Positions 16,313 to 24,394 of a stretch of 32,000 bases of DNA are shown piece after piece. This DNA is from Candidatus Saccharimonadia bacterium (GTDB lineage: Bacteria; Patescibacteriota; Saccharimonadia; CAILAD01; BJGX01). Numbering within the stretch: position 1 is the first letter of the stretch; every line of letters starts with the position of its first letter. The DNA lies in contig JBCLLN010000004.1 of assembly GCA_039738635.1 (NCBI GenBank), positions 15,404-47,403 of the forward strand, read 5' to 3'. Position numbers and translations under genes: made by a program. The notes under the pieces were generated by a model. That model did no database searches and was not told the DNA's origin. It was given only the letters and a program-made list of their open reading frames with translations.

Positions 16313-17455
16313 ATGAGCCAAATCCCAGACACTAAAGAGCTAGCCATCAAACTACTAGCACTAGCGGATATCAAAGTAGGAGGCAGCAGACCCCAGGATA
16401 TTACTATTAACAATGAAGAGTTCCTCAATATCGCTATCACCAAAGGTTCAATAGGAATAGGAGAGGCCTACATGAACGGGGACTGGAAAGCCAATAAGCT
16501 TGATGCGTTTTTTTACAATGTCTTGCGGGCTGGGCTTGATCAAAAGGTTCAGGGTAACCTTAAGGCTCAAATCATTATTAAGGGATTATCAGCTAGACTA
16601 CTTAACGCCCAAATGGGTAAGCGCGCCTATAAAAATGCCCAGGCCCACTATGATATTGGTAATGACCTTTACGGGCCAATGCTTGGTAAGACTATGGCCT
16701 ATACCTGTGCTTATTGGGCCTGGGGAGCCAAAGACCTTGACCAAGCCCAGACCGATAAATTTGACTTGGTATGCAAAAAGCTTGGCCTCAAGCCGGGTAT
16801 GAAAGTTATGGACCCAGGCTGTGGGTGGGGTGGGCTAGCTGTGCATATGGCCAAACACTATGGCTGTGAGGTGGTTTGTTTTACTCCTGCCGTTGAGCAA
16901 ATAAGCTACATCAAGAGCCACACTGGTAAGCTCAAAATTAAAGCCCTCACTACTACCTGGCAGGACTACGCCACTACCACCAAATTTGATCGCATCGCAT
17001 CTATTGGTATGATGGAGCATGTTGGACCCAAGAATTATCGTGGATACCTAGCTAAGATGCAGTCTCTACTTAAAGAAGATGGCCTAATGCTTTTACACAC
17101 CATAGGTGGTAATCAATCCATCCTTCATGGTGACCCGTGGTTTGATCGCTATATTTTCCCGGGCGCAGTATTGCCTAGCGTCAAACAAATAGGAGCAGCT
17201 TTTGAGGGAATATTCACACTTGAGGACTGGCATAGTATGGGCATTAACTACGACAAAACCCTGCTGGCCTGGTATGCGAATTTCAAAAAATCCTACCCCT
17301 CTCTTGACCATAGCAAATACGACAAAAAATTCTACCTAATGTGGGAATACTACCTGCTCTCCTCCGCCGGTGCTTTCAGAGCGCGCAGTAATCAGCTGTG
17401 GCAGGTAGTGCTGTCTAAAAACGGTGTTGAGGGCGGTTATAAATCTATACGCTAA
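16313..17455 (+). CDS. cfa: Cyclopropane-fatty-acyl-phospholipid synthase family SAM methyltransferase (BfaB/Cfa-like)
   Basis: HYDIGNDLY, VMDPGCGWGGLAVHMAKHYGCEV, IASIGMMEHVG and YLLSSAGAFR are classical CFA/mycolic acid cyclopropane synthase motifs. GAGAGGA RBS. Confidence 0.85.
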   Translation: MSQIPDTKELAIKLLALADIKVGGSRPQDITINNEEFLNIAITKGSIGIGEAYMNGDWKANKLDAFFYNVLRAGLDQKVQGNLKAQIIIKGLSARLLNAQMGKRAYKNAQAHYDIGNDLYGPMLGKTMAYTCAYWAWGAKDLDQAQTDKFDLVCKKLGLKPGMKVMDPGCGWGGLAVHMAKHYGCEVVCFTPAVEQISYIKSHTGKLKIKALTTTWQDYATTTKFDRIASIGMMEHVGPKNYRGYLAKMQSLLKEDGLMLLHTIGGNQSILHGDPWFDRYIFPGAVLPSVKQIGAAFEGIFTLEDWHSMGINYDKTLLAWYANFKKSYPSLDHSKYDKKFYLMWEYYLLSSAGAFRARSNQLWQVVLSKNGVEGGYKSIR

Positions 17456-18857
17456 GCTCAAGACTTGGGTAAATATAGATAGCCCCAAATTCAGATACAC
17501 ACTAGCGCTAGCTTTAGTTTTTTTGTGTTTTTTTATAATCTCGTACTATACTATTGACCCTGACTTTGGGTGGCACCTAATGTCAGGTAATTATTTTTTG
17601 CGTTTCGGGATTCCAGCCAAAGATATCTTTTCTTTTACTGGTACTGCTTTTGGGTGGATTAATCATGAGTGGCTGAATGACATAATGATATCTATTATAT
17701 ACTCTGCTGGTGGATATATAACACTTGCTGTGGTATTTAGCTTGCTATGGACACTAGCCTTACTTACTGCCTCTAGGCTAAGAGTAATTTTTATTCTGTT
17801 GCTTTCGGCCTTTGCCATAATGGGCTATGTCGGTATTAGGCCAATGGTATGGACATTACTTTTTGTGGCTATCCTTGAAAAAATCTACGAAAAAGCCAAC
17901 CCTAAATTATATTTCCTAATCCCAGCTATATTCTTGTTGTGGGCTAACTTACACGGAGGCTTTATATTCGGTCTGCTACTTCTGGCTATCTGGCAGGTTT
18001 TTTATACCAGAAGGTTGCCTTGGTTAATATTTATAGCATCATTTATGGTGGTTTTTATCAACCCCTACGGCTGGAGGATATTTACAGAAATATTTGCTAC
18101 CCTGACCGATAGCAGAATTAAATTCTACATAAGTGAGTGGAGAGTAATAGTTTTACCAACGAGTGCCGCTATTTATTTATTAATATTTATTACCTGGCAC
18201 AAGCTATTTAATAAAACCCCGTGGAAAAAACTATTTTCTATACCAGGCCTGACTCTCGTAATGGCACTATCTAGTATTAGGCATCTGCCTATTTTTGTAA
18301 TAGCTAGTATGCGATATTTTGAGCAGTACCATGTTCAGCTCATTAAAAAGTTAGCTATTGGCAAAAAAGTCACGCAGGGCCAGCTAGTTTTTTTGGGGTT
18401 AAGTAGCATATTTATAGTAGCTACTAGCTATTTTACCATTACTAGCATTCAGTCAAGTATGGTAAGTACCAATGATTATCCTCATAACGCCGTTAATTAT
18501 ATTAAATCCCACCCGTGTAATAAGAATATATATAATTCATATAATTTTGGTGGTTACCTTATCAATAATCTCCCCGACTATAAATATTATATTGACGGCC
18601 GAATGGCCATCTGGAAGCTCAAAGACGCCGACTATATGGGCGACTGGATTAAAACAACTGTTGATGATGACTTTCGTAAGCTAGAGTTTGCTAAATACAA
18701 TATTAATTGTGTCATTATAACCAAGGCTGATGAGATAGGAGTCAAGAGCAGGTATAACACCCTTGGGGCCCAGCTTAGCAAAGAGGGATGGCAATATATA
18801 CCCGAAGCGAGTGGGCAAGGGTCCTCAATGTATTTTAAGCCGGATAGCCCAAAATGA
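17424..18857 (+). CDS. Polytopic integral membrane protein (477 aa) with a soluble C-terminal domain; a GT-C-like role is a guess
   Basis: About 11 hydrophobic helices. The GTG start at 17424 overlaps the cfa end by 32 nt, so the start is uncertain. The stop overlaps the next start (ATGA). Confidence 0.55.
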   Translation: MLRAVINLYAKLKTWVNIDSPKFRYTLALALVFLCFFIISYYTIDPDFGWHLMSGNYFLRFGIPAKDIFSFTGTAFGWINHEWLNDIMISIIYSAGGYITLAVVFSLLWTLALLTASRLRVIFILLLSAFAIMGYVGIRPMVWTLLFVAILEKIYEKANPKLYFLIPAIFLLWANLHGGFIFGLLLLAIWQVFYTRRLPWLIFIASFMVVFINPYGWRIFTEIFATLTDSRIKFYISEWRVIVLPTSAAIYLLIFITWHKLFNKTPWKKLFSIPGLTLVMALSSIRHLPIFVIASMRYFEQYHVQLIKKLAIGKKVTQGQLVFLGLSSIFIVATSYFTITSIQSSMVSTNDYPHNAVNYIKSHPCNKNIYNSYNFGGYLINNLPDYKYYIDGRMAIWKLKDADYMGDWIKTTVDDDFRKLEFAKYNINCVIITKADEIGVKSRYNTLGAQLSKEGWQYIPEASGQGSSMYFKPDSPK

Positions 18858-19375
18858 TTATATTACTACTGCTGATAATGATCATATTGCTGGTATTTTA
18901 TGTTATTAAGCTAGTGGATGTAGCAAGCAGTGGTTTGGCGCCATACATCTCTACCCCAGACTCTGCGCTACCCCAGATATTGCGGGCCCTAGACATCCAG
19001 GACAGCGATACCGTCTGGGACCTTGGCTGTGGGGATGCTAGAGTCCTATCGTACTGTGCTAAGGCGCATACTAAAGCCAGCTTTATTGGTATAGAAACCG
19101 GCATACTGCCATTTTTGCAGGCTAAGTGGAAAACCCGAAGCCAAAAGAATATCCAGATAATGTTTGCTAGCCTCAGGAGAATCAACCCAGCCAGTGCCAC
19201 CAAGATGTATTTGTACTTATTGCCCCAAGCACTTAATATAATTAAGCCAGTGATACCCCAAAACTGCCAAGTAGTAAGCGCTGAATTTAAGTTTAGCAAC
19301 ACCAAGCCCATCAAGGTAATCCCACTAAAACATCCCCAAAAGCTCGCGCACAAGCTGTACCTATATAAATTTTAG
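18854..19375 (+). CDS. Membrane-anchored class I SAM-dependent methyltransferase (173 aa)
   Basis: N-terminal TM helix IILLLLIMIILLVFYVI and motif I VWDLGCGDARVL. The antisense 151-aa ORF has no motif. Confidence 0.6.
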   Translation: MIILLLLIMIILLVFYVIKLVDVASSGLAPYISTPDSALPQILRALDIQDSDTVWDLGCGDARVLSYCAKAHTKASFIGIETGILPFLQAKWKTRSQKNIQIMFASLRRINPASATKMYLYLLPQALNIIKPVIPQNCQVVSAEFKFSNTKPIKVIPLKHPQKLAHKLYLYKF

Positions 19376-20038
19376 CTATTTTTTAGCAATTGCTAGAGCC
19401 CAGACAGAGTTAGCGCCAGCATTTTTTAAGACCTTAGCGCACTCGCTGATGGTAGCGCCCGTGGTTACTACATCATCTACTAGTATCACAGCTACATTAG
19501 CAATTGGCCCTTTGGCTAAAAAGTTATTAGTGACATTGGTAAATCTATCTTGGCGGGATCGCCCCACCTGCCTGCTGTGCTTACTTCTCATTAGCAATCC
19601 CACACACTCCATACCATTAAGCCTGGCGTAGTGTTTGGCAAGCAACTCGGCTTGATCATAGCCCCGCTGGCGCCGAGACGCGCCATCACTCGGCACAAAA
19701 CAAACTATCGCACCTGGTGGCCAAACACTACTAGGAAGCAGGGCCGAAAAATACCGAATCACACTGCGCCTTCCTTCGTATTTCATTGCATATATGAGCT
19801 CTTTGATAACTCCGTCGTAACGGTAGGCGATAGTGCTACCGGCTAGCTTGGTCTTGCGCCGACAGTTAGAGCACACCGCACCATTATCACTGAGAGCATT
19901 ACAGAGCACGCAGGCGGGCTTCTTAAGTACTAGGCAAGCCAATGAACACTCCTGGCACAAACAGCTTCCCTCGTGCCCACAGCCAATGCACACATCAGGC
20001 GTAATAAATTCTATAAGTTTTTCAATTATTACTTGCAT
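19376..20038 (-). CDS. comF: ComF-family phosphoribosyltransferase-domain protein (ComFC-like)
   Basis: N-terminal double CxxC zinc-ribbon (CIGCG...CQEC...CVLC...CSNC) and PRTase loop VILVDDVVTTGATISE. I moved the start to ATG 20038 (MQVIIEK...). Confidence 0.8.
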   Translation of the reverse strand: MQVIIEKLIEFITPDVCIGCGHEGSCLCQECSLACLVLKKPACVLCNALSDNGAVCSNCRRKTKLAGSTIAYRYDGVIKELIYAMKYEGRRSVIRYFSALLPSSVWPPGAIVCFVPSDGASRRQRGYDQAELLAKHYARLNGMECVGLLMRSKHSRQVGRSRQDRFTNVTNNFLAKGPIANVAVILVDDVVTTGATISECAKVLKNAGANSVWALAIAKK

Positions 20039-20105
20039 TAGACTCCATCTCTGATTATAATAGATACAAATATGATAATTAAGCAAGGATAAGGAGTTTA
20101 AAAAT

Positions 20106-20540
20106 ATGGGACGAAAAAATGAAGTTGATGAAGAAATCCTAGAAGACGAATTCCTGGATGAAGAACAGCCACAAGCCGAAGAATGGATGAGCGAAGAGGA
20201 GTTTGAAGGTCAGCTAGCGGTCGATGTCTATCAAACCACAGACAAGATTATAGTTAAGGCCCCAATAGCTGGAGTTAAGCCCGAAGATATTGATGTTGCC
20301 ATATCAGAAGATGTAGTGACTATCCGTGGGGATCGCAAGGACGAATTTGCGGTAGAGAAAGACAACTATTATGTCCAGGAGTGTTTCTGGGGTTCATTTA
20401 GCCGGTCGGTAATTCTTCCTACCTCTACGGTAGCCGATAAGGCTGAGGCTAGCCTCAAGGATGGTGTACTAACAATCCAAATCCCCAAGGTAGTCCAAGA
20501 AGACAAAATTAAAAAGATTAAAGTCAAAGCCAGCCTCTAG
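20106..20540 (+). CDS. hsp20: Hsp20/alpha-crystallin small heat-shock protein
   Basis: The alpha-crystallin domain pattern runs from LAVDVYQTTDKIIVKAPIAGVKPEDIDVAI through GSFSRSVILP to ASLKDGVLTIQIPK. AAGGAG RBS. Confidence 0.9.
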   Translation: MGRKNEVDEEILEDEFLDEEQPQAEEWMSEEEFEGQLAVDVYQTTDKIIVKAPIAGVKPEDIDVAISEDVVTIRGDRKDEFAVEKDNYYVQECFWGSFSRSVILPTSTVADKAEASLKDGVLTIQIPKVVQEDKIKKIKVKASL

Positions 20541-20642
20541 TATTTAATAGCTACCTATAGCCAGATAAGCAATCAAATAACAATAGTTTATATTTTATTA
20601 CCTTTTTTAGCTTTTATAAAACTAGACTTCACAAGTTTCAGA

Positions 20643-20676
20643 AAGGAGCCTCCTTATAAGGAGGCTCCTTGTTTTG
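20643..20676 (+). terminator. Rho-independent terminator between hsp20 and the pilin genes
   Basis: Perfect 28-nt palindrome AAGGAGCCTCCTTA/TAAGGAGGCTCCTT followed by GTTTTG. Confidence 0.7.
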
Positions 20677-20724
20677 ATTAGGATTACTGCTGGGATATTG
20701 AGTGCGTACTACCTATTATAACTA

Positions 20725-21147
20725 CTAGCCTAAAATACCGAATCCAACCCCCTTAATTGTAAAGCTAGCAATTCCATAGGACAATATAACTACCACTAAG
20801 CCAATAATCGCATAAAGGATAGTATTCTTAGCGGAGGTAATGCTCTTTTCATTACCCTGGCTTGTGACAAACTTAAGCCCACCGAGAATAAGCATCAGCA
20901 CTCCAATTGCGCCGGCTATAAATAGAAGAGCGTTAATTAAATTAGTAATTATTCCGCCAGGCCCAGTAAGGTTGGGATTTCCTTGCCCGCCAGCACAATT
21001 TATACCACCAGCAACGGTATTATTATCTGTACAGGCTCCCCCCGCTAAGGCGGGGTTGAGGGGAGTAGCTAGAACTAATAACAATAGCCCCGTGAATAGG
21101 GCTATTGTTATTAGTAAAACTCTCTGGCGAATTATATCAAGCATCAC
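20725..21147 (-). CDS. VirB2/TrbC-like T4SS pilin paralog 1 (140 aa)
   Basis: Signal/TM segment, mature N-terminal region with 2 Cys, then two TM helices joined by the conserved loop GGLKFVTSQGNEKSITSAKNTILYAIIG. Confidence 0.7.
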   Translation of the reverse strand: MMLDIIRQRVLLITIALFTGLLLLVLATPLNPALAGGACTDNNTVAGGINCAGGQGNPNLTGPGGIITNLINALLFIAGAIGVLMLILGGLKFVTSQGNEKSITSAKNTILYAIIGLVVVILSYGIASFTIKGVGFGILG

Positions 21148-21171
21148 TTGGTTATATGCCTTAGTAATAGT

Positions 21172-21546
21172 TTATCTTGAAGTTACTCCAGAACCCATAA
21201 TAACAAAGGTGACAATCGACCAGGCCATGATAGCAATAATGATTCCTATGATGGCATATAGAATGGTGTTCTTGGCCGACTCTACTGTCTTTTCGTTACC
21301 AGCACTAAAGACATACCTAAACCCACCCAATACAAGCATTGCCACCGCAAGAAAGCCAATAGTAAAGATAATTAGGTTAAAGACCGTTGTGATTTGGGCG
21401 GTTAAGTTAAAATTGGTGCCGGCGGGAACAACAGAATTAAAGCCAGTTTGCATTCGGTTACCTTGCGCAAAGACCTGAGATGCTACTAATGTTAGTGCTC
21501 CTGCTGAAGCGTAAATTGATTTCTTGATAGTGTTAGTTGTGATCAT
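21172..21546 (-). CDS. VirB2/TrbC-like T4SS pilin paralog 2 (124 aa)
   Basis: Signal peptide ...SQVFAQG. Loop GGFRYVFSAGNEKTVESAKNTILYAIIG between two TM helices. Confidence 0.7.
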   Translation of the reverse strand: MITTNTIKKSIYASAGALTLVASQVFAQGNRMQTGFNSVVPAGTNFNLTAQITTVFNLIIFTIGFLAVAMLVLGGFRYVFSAGNEKTVESAKNTILYAIIGIIIAIMAWSIVTFVIMGSGVTSR

Positions 21547-21648
21547 TATTTTCCTTTGTGATTATTAAATATTATTTGATACCAATTATATTCACTTAAT
21601 AGTACTTATGCAATAGTTTTTTTTATTTTAGTTGGGCTGTTCAAATTA

Positions 21649-21993
21649 CTAGGCGGTAATGGACACATTTACAAAGCTAGCAATGGCGAAAGCGCTTAGT
21701 GCAACTATAATCCCTACTATGGCATATAGAATAGTGTTCTTGGCTGTCGTGATCCTCTGCTCGTTACCCCCGGATGTTATATACATTATTCCACCCGCCA
21801 CTAAGGCAACCACGCTTAGCGCACCCGCTACAAATAACAAAGTACTAACTGTATTGGCTATTAGCTCAGCTGCAGTTGGGCCAGTACTAACAGCAGGCGG
21901 GAGAGTGGCATTATTAATAACCACAACAGCTAACGCCTTTTGTGGAAGTGCGCTTAATGCTATTGCTGTAAGTAGTGTGTATAGTTTCTTCAT
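21649..21993 (-). CDS. VirB2/TrbC-like T4SS pilin paralog 3 (114 aa)
   Basis: Signal peptide ...PQKALA. Loop GGIMYITSGGNEQRITTAKNTILYAIVG. ATGA overlap with the upstream gene. Confidence 0.7.
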   Translation of the reverse strand: MKKLYTLLTAIALSALPQKALAVVVINNATLPPAVSTGPTAAELIANTVSTLLFVAGALSVVALVAGGIMYITSGGNEQRITTAKNTILYAIVGIIVALSAFAIASFVNVSITA

Positions 21994-22694
21994 TTTTGTA
22001 ATTGAGTTTGTATAAAAAATAGTATACCATAAGCCGAGATAGAAATAACTAGCCCAGCTAGCGCGTAGATAATAGTCTTCTTGGCTTTTTTAATGCCTTC
22101 GCCCCCGCCAGAAGTGATGTACTGAATGCCACCTACTATTACAAATATAACTGCTAGTGCGCCACCCAAGAACAACGCAATGCCTATAACATTGTTTATT
22201 AATGTTGGTATGCCAGCGATTCCAAATGAGGCCTCGTTGACTGATACGTTTCGGGTAAATAGCTGCTTAGTGTTAACATCTTCAAATGCCAGATTAACCA
22301 AGAGCATTATAGCCCTAAATGATATTAGCAACACCAGGCCTGTCACTGCCTTAAAGATATTTTCTTTGCCCTTTTTTACTTGCTCTTCTTTGCCACCAGA
22401 CATAGTTATCTGAACAGCCGATACAATAACGATTAGCACTAACACAGCCCCAAAAATACTTGTTAATATTGCGACTACAAAATTTACTAGGGGCTGAGCT
22501 GTACTGGCGGGATCATATGTCGAACTGACGGGATCACCTAGAATCTCGTTACAAATTCTCTGGGGTATGACTATGCAATCAAAGCCTGCATGACTTCCAG
22601 CATTAGCCTTGATGGGTATTAATGCCACCACTCCAGCACCTATTACAACCACCAGCATCAGGCTAGCAAATACTAATTTAGCTTTTATATACAT
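21990..22694 (-). CDS. Fused tandem double pilin-domain protein (234 aa)
   Basis: Two pilin-like modules in one ORF: ...SAVQITMSGGKEEQVKKGKENIFKAVTGLVLL... and ...GGIQYITSGGGEGIKKAKKTIIYALAGLVI.... Each loop is flanked by TM helices. Confidence 0.65.
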   Translation of the reverse strand: MYIKAKLVFASLMLVVVIGAGVVALIPIKANAGSHAGFDCIVIPQRICNEILGDPVSSTYDPASTAQPLVNFVVAILTSIFGAVLVLIVIVSAVQITMSGGKEEQVKKGKENIFKAVTGLVLLISFRAIMLLVNLAFEDVNTKQLFTRNVSVNEASFGIAGIPTLINNVIGIALFLGGALAVIFVIVGGIQYITSGGGEGIKKAKKTIIYALAGLVISISAYGILFFIQTQLQK

Positions 22695-22788
22695 AATAGT
22701 TATACTACCATATTTATTTTTTATTATCTTTTTTCTAAGTTCTCTTTGGAATCCGAACTGGCAAATCAGTAAATCACATTCTCATAAC

Positions 22789-22888
22789 CTGTTAGAGGAC
22801 AGTCCTCTTCCAGATAGAGTTTATGTGATACTGTTATTCCATAAGATATAAGAACTGTCCTCTAACAGCACTTTTGCCACCAAAAGTG
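22789..22888. promoter_or_regulatory. Inverted repeats in the pilin/T4SS divergent control region
   Basis: 15-bp perfect arms CTGTTAGAGGACAGT (22789-22803) and ACTGTCCTCTAACAG (22854-22868). The palindrome CACTTTTG-CCAC-CAAAAGTG (22869-22888) follows immediately. Confidence 0.5.
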
Positions 22889-23337
22889 GATATTATAAAT
22901 AACAATAATATTAATTATTTCATTACTTTTGCAAGCAAGGCATTTGTCACTTTTGATAACCCCTAAAAGTAACCAAAAGAGTTTCCGACTGCTAAACAAT
23001 ACCTTCACAATCAAATAATATTCTTCTTTCTGTTTTTTCTTAAACGAACCTAAAGGTATCGGTCCAGCCGAGCTGGACTTGGCTGAAAATAACCAGATGC
23101 TAATAATTTATTTAATCTTTCTGATTATCCAGATAGTCGAGGGCTTCAATCGCAGCCTGGGCCCTAGAAAATATCCCCCCGACATCGAACATCAGAAAAT
23201 GAGTAGATGTTTTAAGCTCCTTACTTAAGAAGCTGTCTAAAGCATTATGCGATAGCAATAAAGCGAGTTCTTCTTAAGTAAGGAAGTAATACATTTATGA
23301 ATGCTTCTAGATGTAAGCTACCGTCGGGCAGTTTTAT

Positions 23338-23361
23338 ATTACTTTTGCTGTCAAAAGTAAT
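23338..23361. promoter_or_regulatory. 24-nt perfect palindrome ATTACTTTTG-CTGT-CAAAAGTAAT, candidate operator
   Basis: It shares the ACTTTTG-N4-CAAAAGT core with 22869-22888. The half-site ATTACTTTTGC recurs at 22922. It lies 107 nt upstream of ATG 23468. Confidence 0.5.
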
Positions 23362-23467
23362 AACTAAATAAAATAAATAATGATTATTATTTTATTACTT
23401 CAATATAGTGAACCACGACATTAAGTTGTAAATTTTGCAGTTAAGGATTATATTATAGATAGTCCTT

Positions 23468-24394
23468 ATGTATAAAAAGATTTTATTCTCGATAGTCTTT
23501 GCAATTGCCATATTTGGTGGCTTTTTTATTACCAATAGCTCTAACCAAGCCCAAGCCATAGCAGAACCCTGGAGGTGCGTTTGGCGGAATTCCGCTAAGA
23601 TTCAATGTGCAATATTGTGGGACTGGAAGAATGCTCCCTTTGTTAATGATCCAGCGTTTATCATGGCGGTGGTAGCTGGCACACCGACGGAGGAGTTAAA
23701 CAGCTACATAAATAAGATCGGTGAAGATTATGATGATGGAGATTATCCGCATAATACTGGTGATTGGTGGTATCAGCCTGATAAAAGCGCAGCCTATGGC
23801 TACCCAACCTTTTGCAGAGTAAATCGTGAGGATGGAGAAGGACCATCTGGAGGTCCCGCGGGTACCCCACAAAATGGTACTGAACCTAATGGACTTGTAT
23901 ATGGCTGTCTACATCTTATAAACAATAATCCTCTGCTTGCTTACCATGACGGCAATCCAGGCATGCAGTATGGAGGAGGTCTGTATCCTGTGCCTGCTGT
24001 TACTACGAATCCACGCTCCACCCCTAATTATTGGGTAATTGGTAAGGTGGAGAATGCGCTTAAAAAAGCCGATAACGAAGATTGTTCTATCCTAGATACC
24101 CATGACTGTCACCGAGCACACTCGAACGGCCCTGACTACGGTGGTGAAAAAATAAGGGATAATGAGTCCCCTCTGAGAACCCGGATTCAGGCGCTCGTAG
24201 CCTTCGCCGACAATGAGAACTCCTGTGAGAATAGTGTCGAACTAGATTTCATTCTGTGCCCTATATATAATACTGCTATCGATGGTATTGAGTGGCTTCT
24301 AGAAGGGCCGTTGATAGATATGCTGACTATTCAGCTTGATGATGATAATAAGATCATTCCTAGCATGGTGGGGGGGGGTGGTGGTGGTGGCTAA
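23468..24394 (+). CDS. Secreted Cys-rich protein (308 aa), first gene of the T4SS-like operon
   Basis: N-terminal signal/TM segment ILFSIVFAIAIFGGFFI...AQA. Multiple Cys. Gly/Pro-rich stretch. It ends in GGGGGGG*, encoded by the G9 + (GGT)n tract. Confidence 0.6.
   Translation: MYKKILFSIVFAIAIFGGFFITNSSNQAQAIAEPWRCVWRNSAKIQCAILWDWKNAPFVNDPAFIMAVVAGTPTEELNSYINKIGEDYDDGDYPHNTGDWWYQPDKSAAYGYPTFCRVNREDGEGPSGGPAGTPQNGTEPNGLVYGCLHLINNNPLLAYHDGNPGMQYGGGLYPVPAVTTNPRSTPNYWVIGKVENALKKADNEDCSILDTHDCHRAHSNGPDYGGEKIRDNESPLRTRIQALVAFADNENSCENSVELDFILCPIYNTAIDGIEWLLEGPLIDMLTIQLDDDNKIIPSMVGGGGGGG

Noticed and set aside
18898-19353. 151-aa minus-strand ORF
   Set aside because: It is antisense to the ORF carrying the SAM-binding motif VWDLGCGDARVL and has no motif of its own.
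20840-22413. Plus-strand ORFs 20840..21478 (212 aa), 21659..22015 and 22126..22413
   Set aside because: They are antisense to the pilin genes. Their hydrophobic, Pro/Ile-rich translations mirror the TM-rich pilin coding strand. The conserved paralogous motif is found only on the minus strand.
23111-23300. Small minus-strand reading frame (...ALDSFLSKELKTSTHFLMFDVGGIFSRAQAAIEALDYLDNQKD*) in the control region
   Set aside because: It has no ATG in frame before the last 26 codons and a stop upstream, and it overlaps an inverted repeat. It may be a decayed small gene but is not supportable as a CDS.
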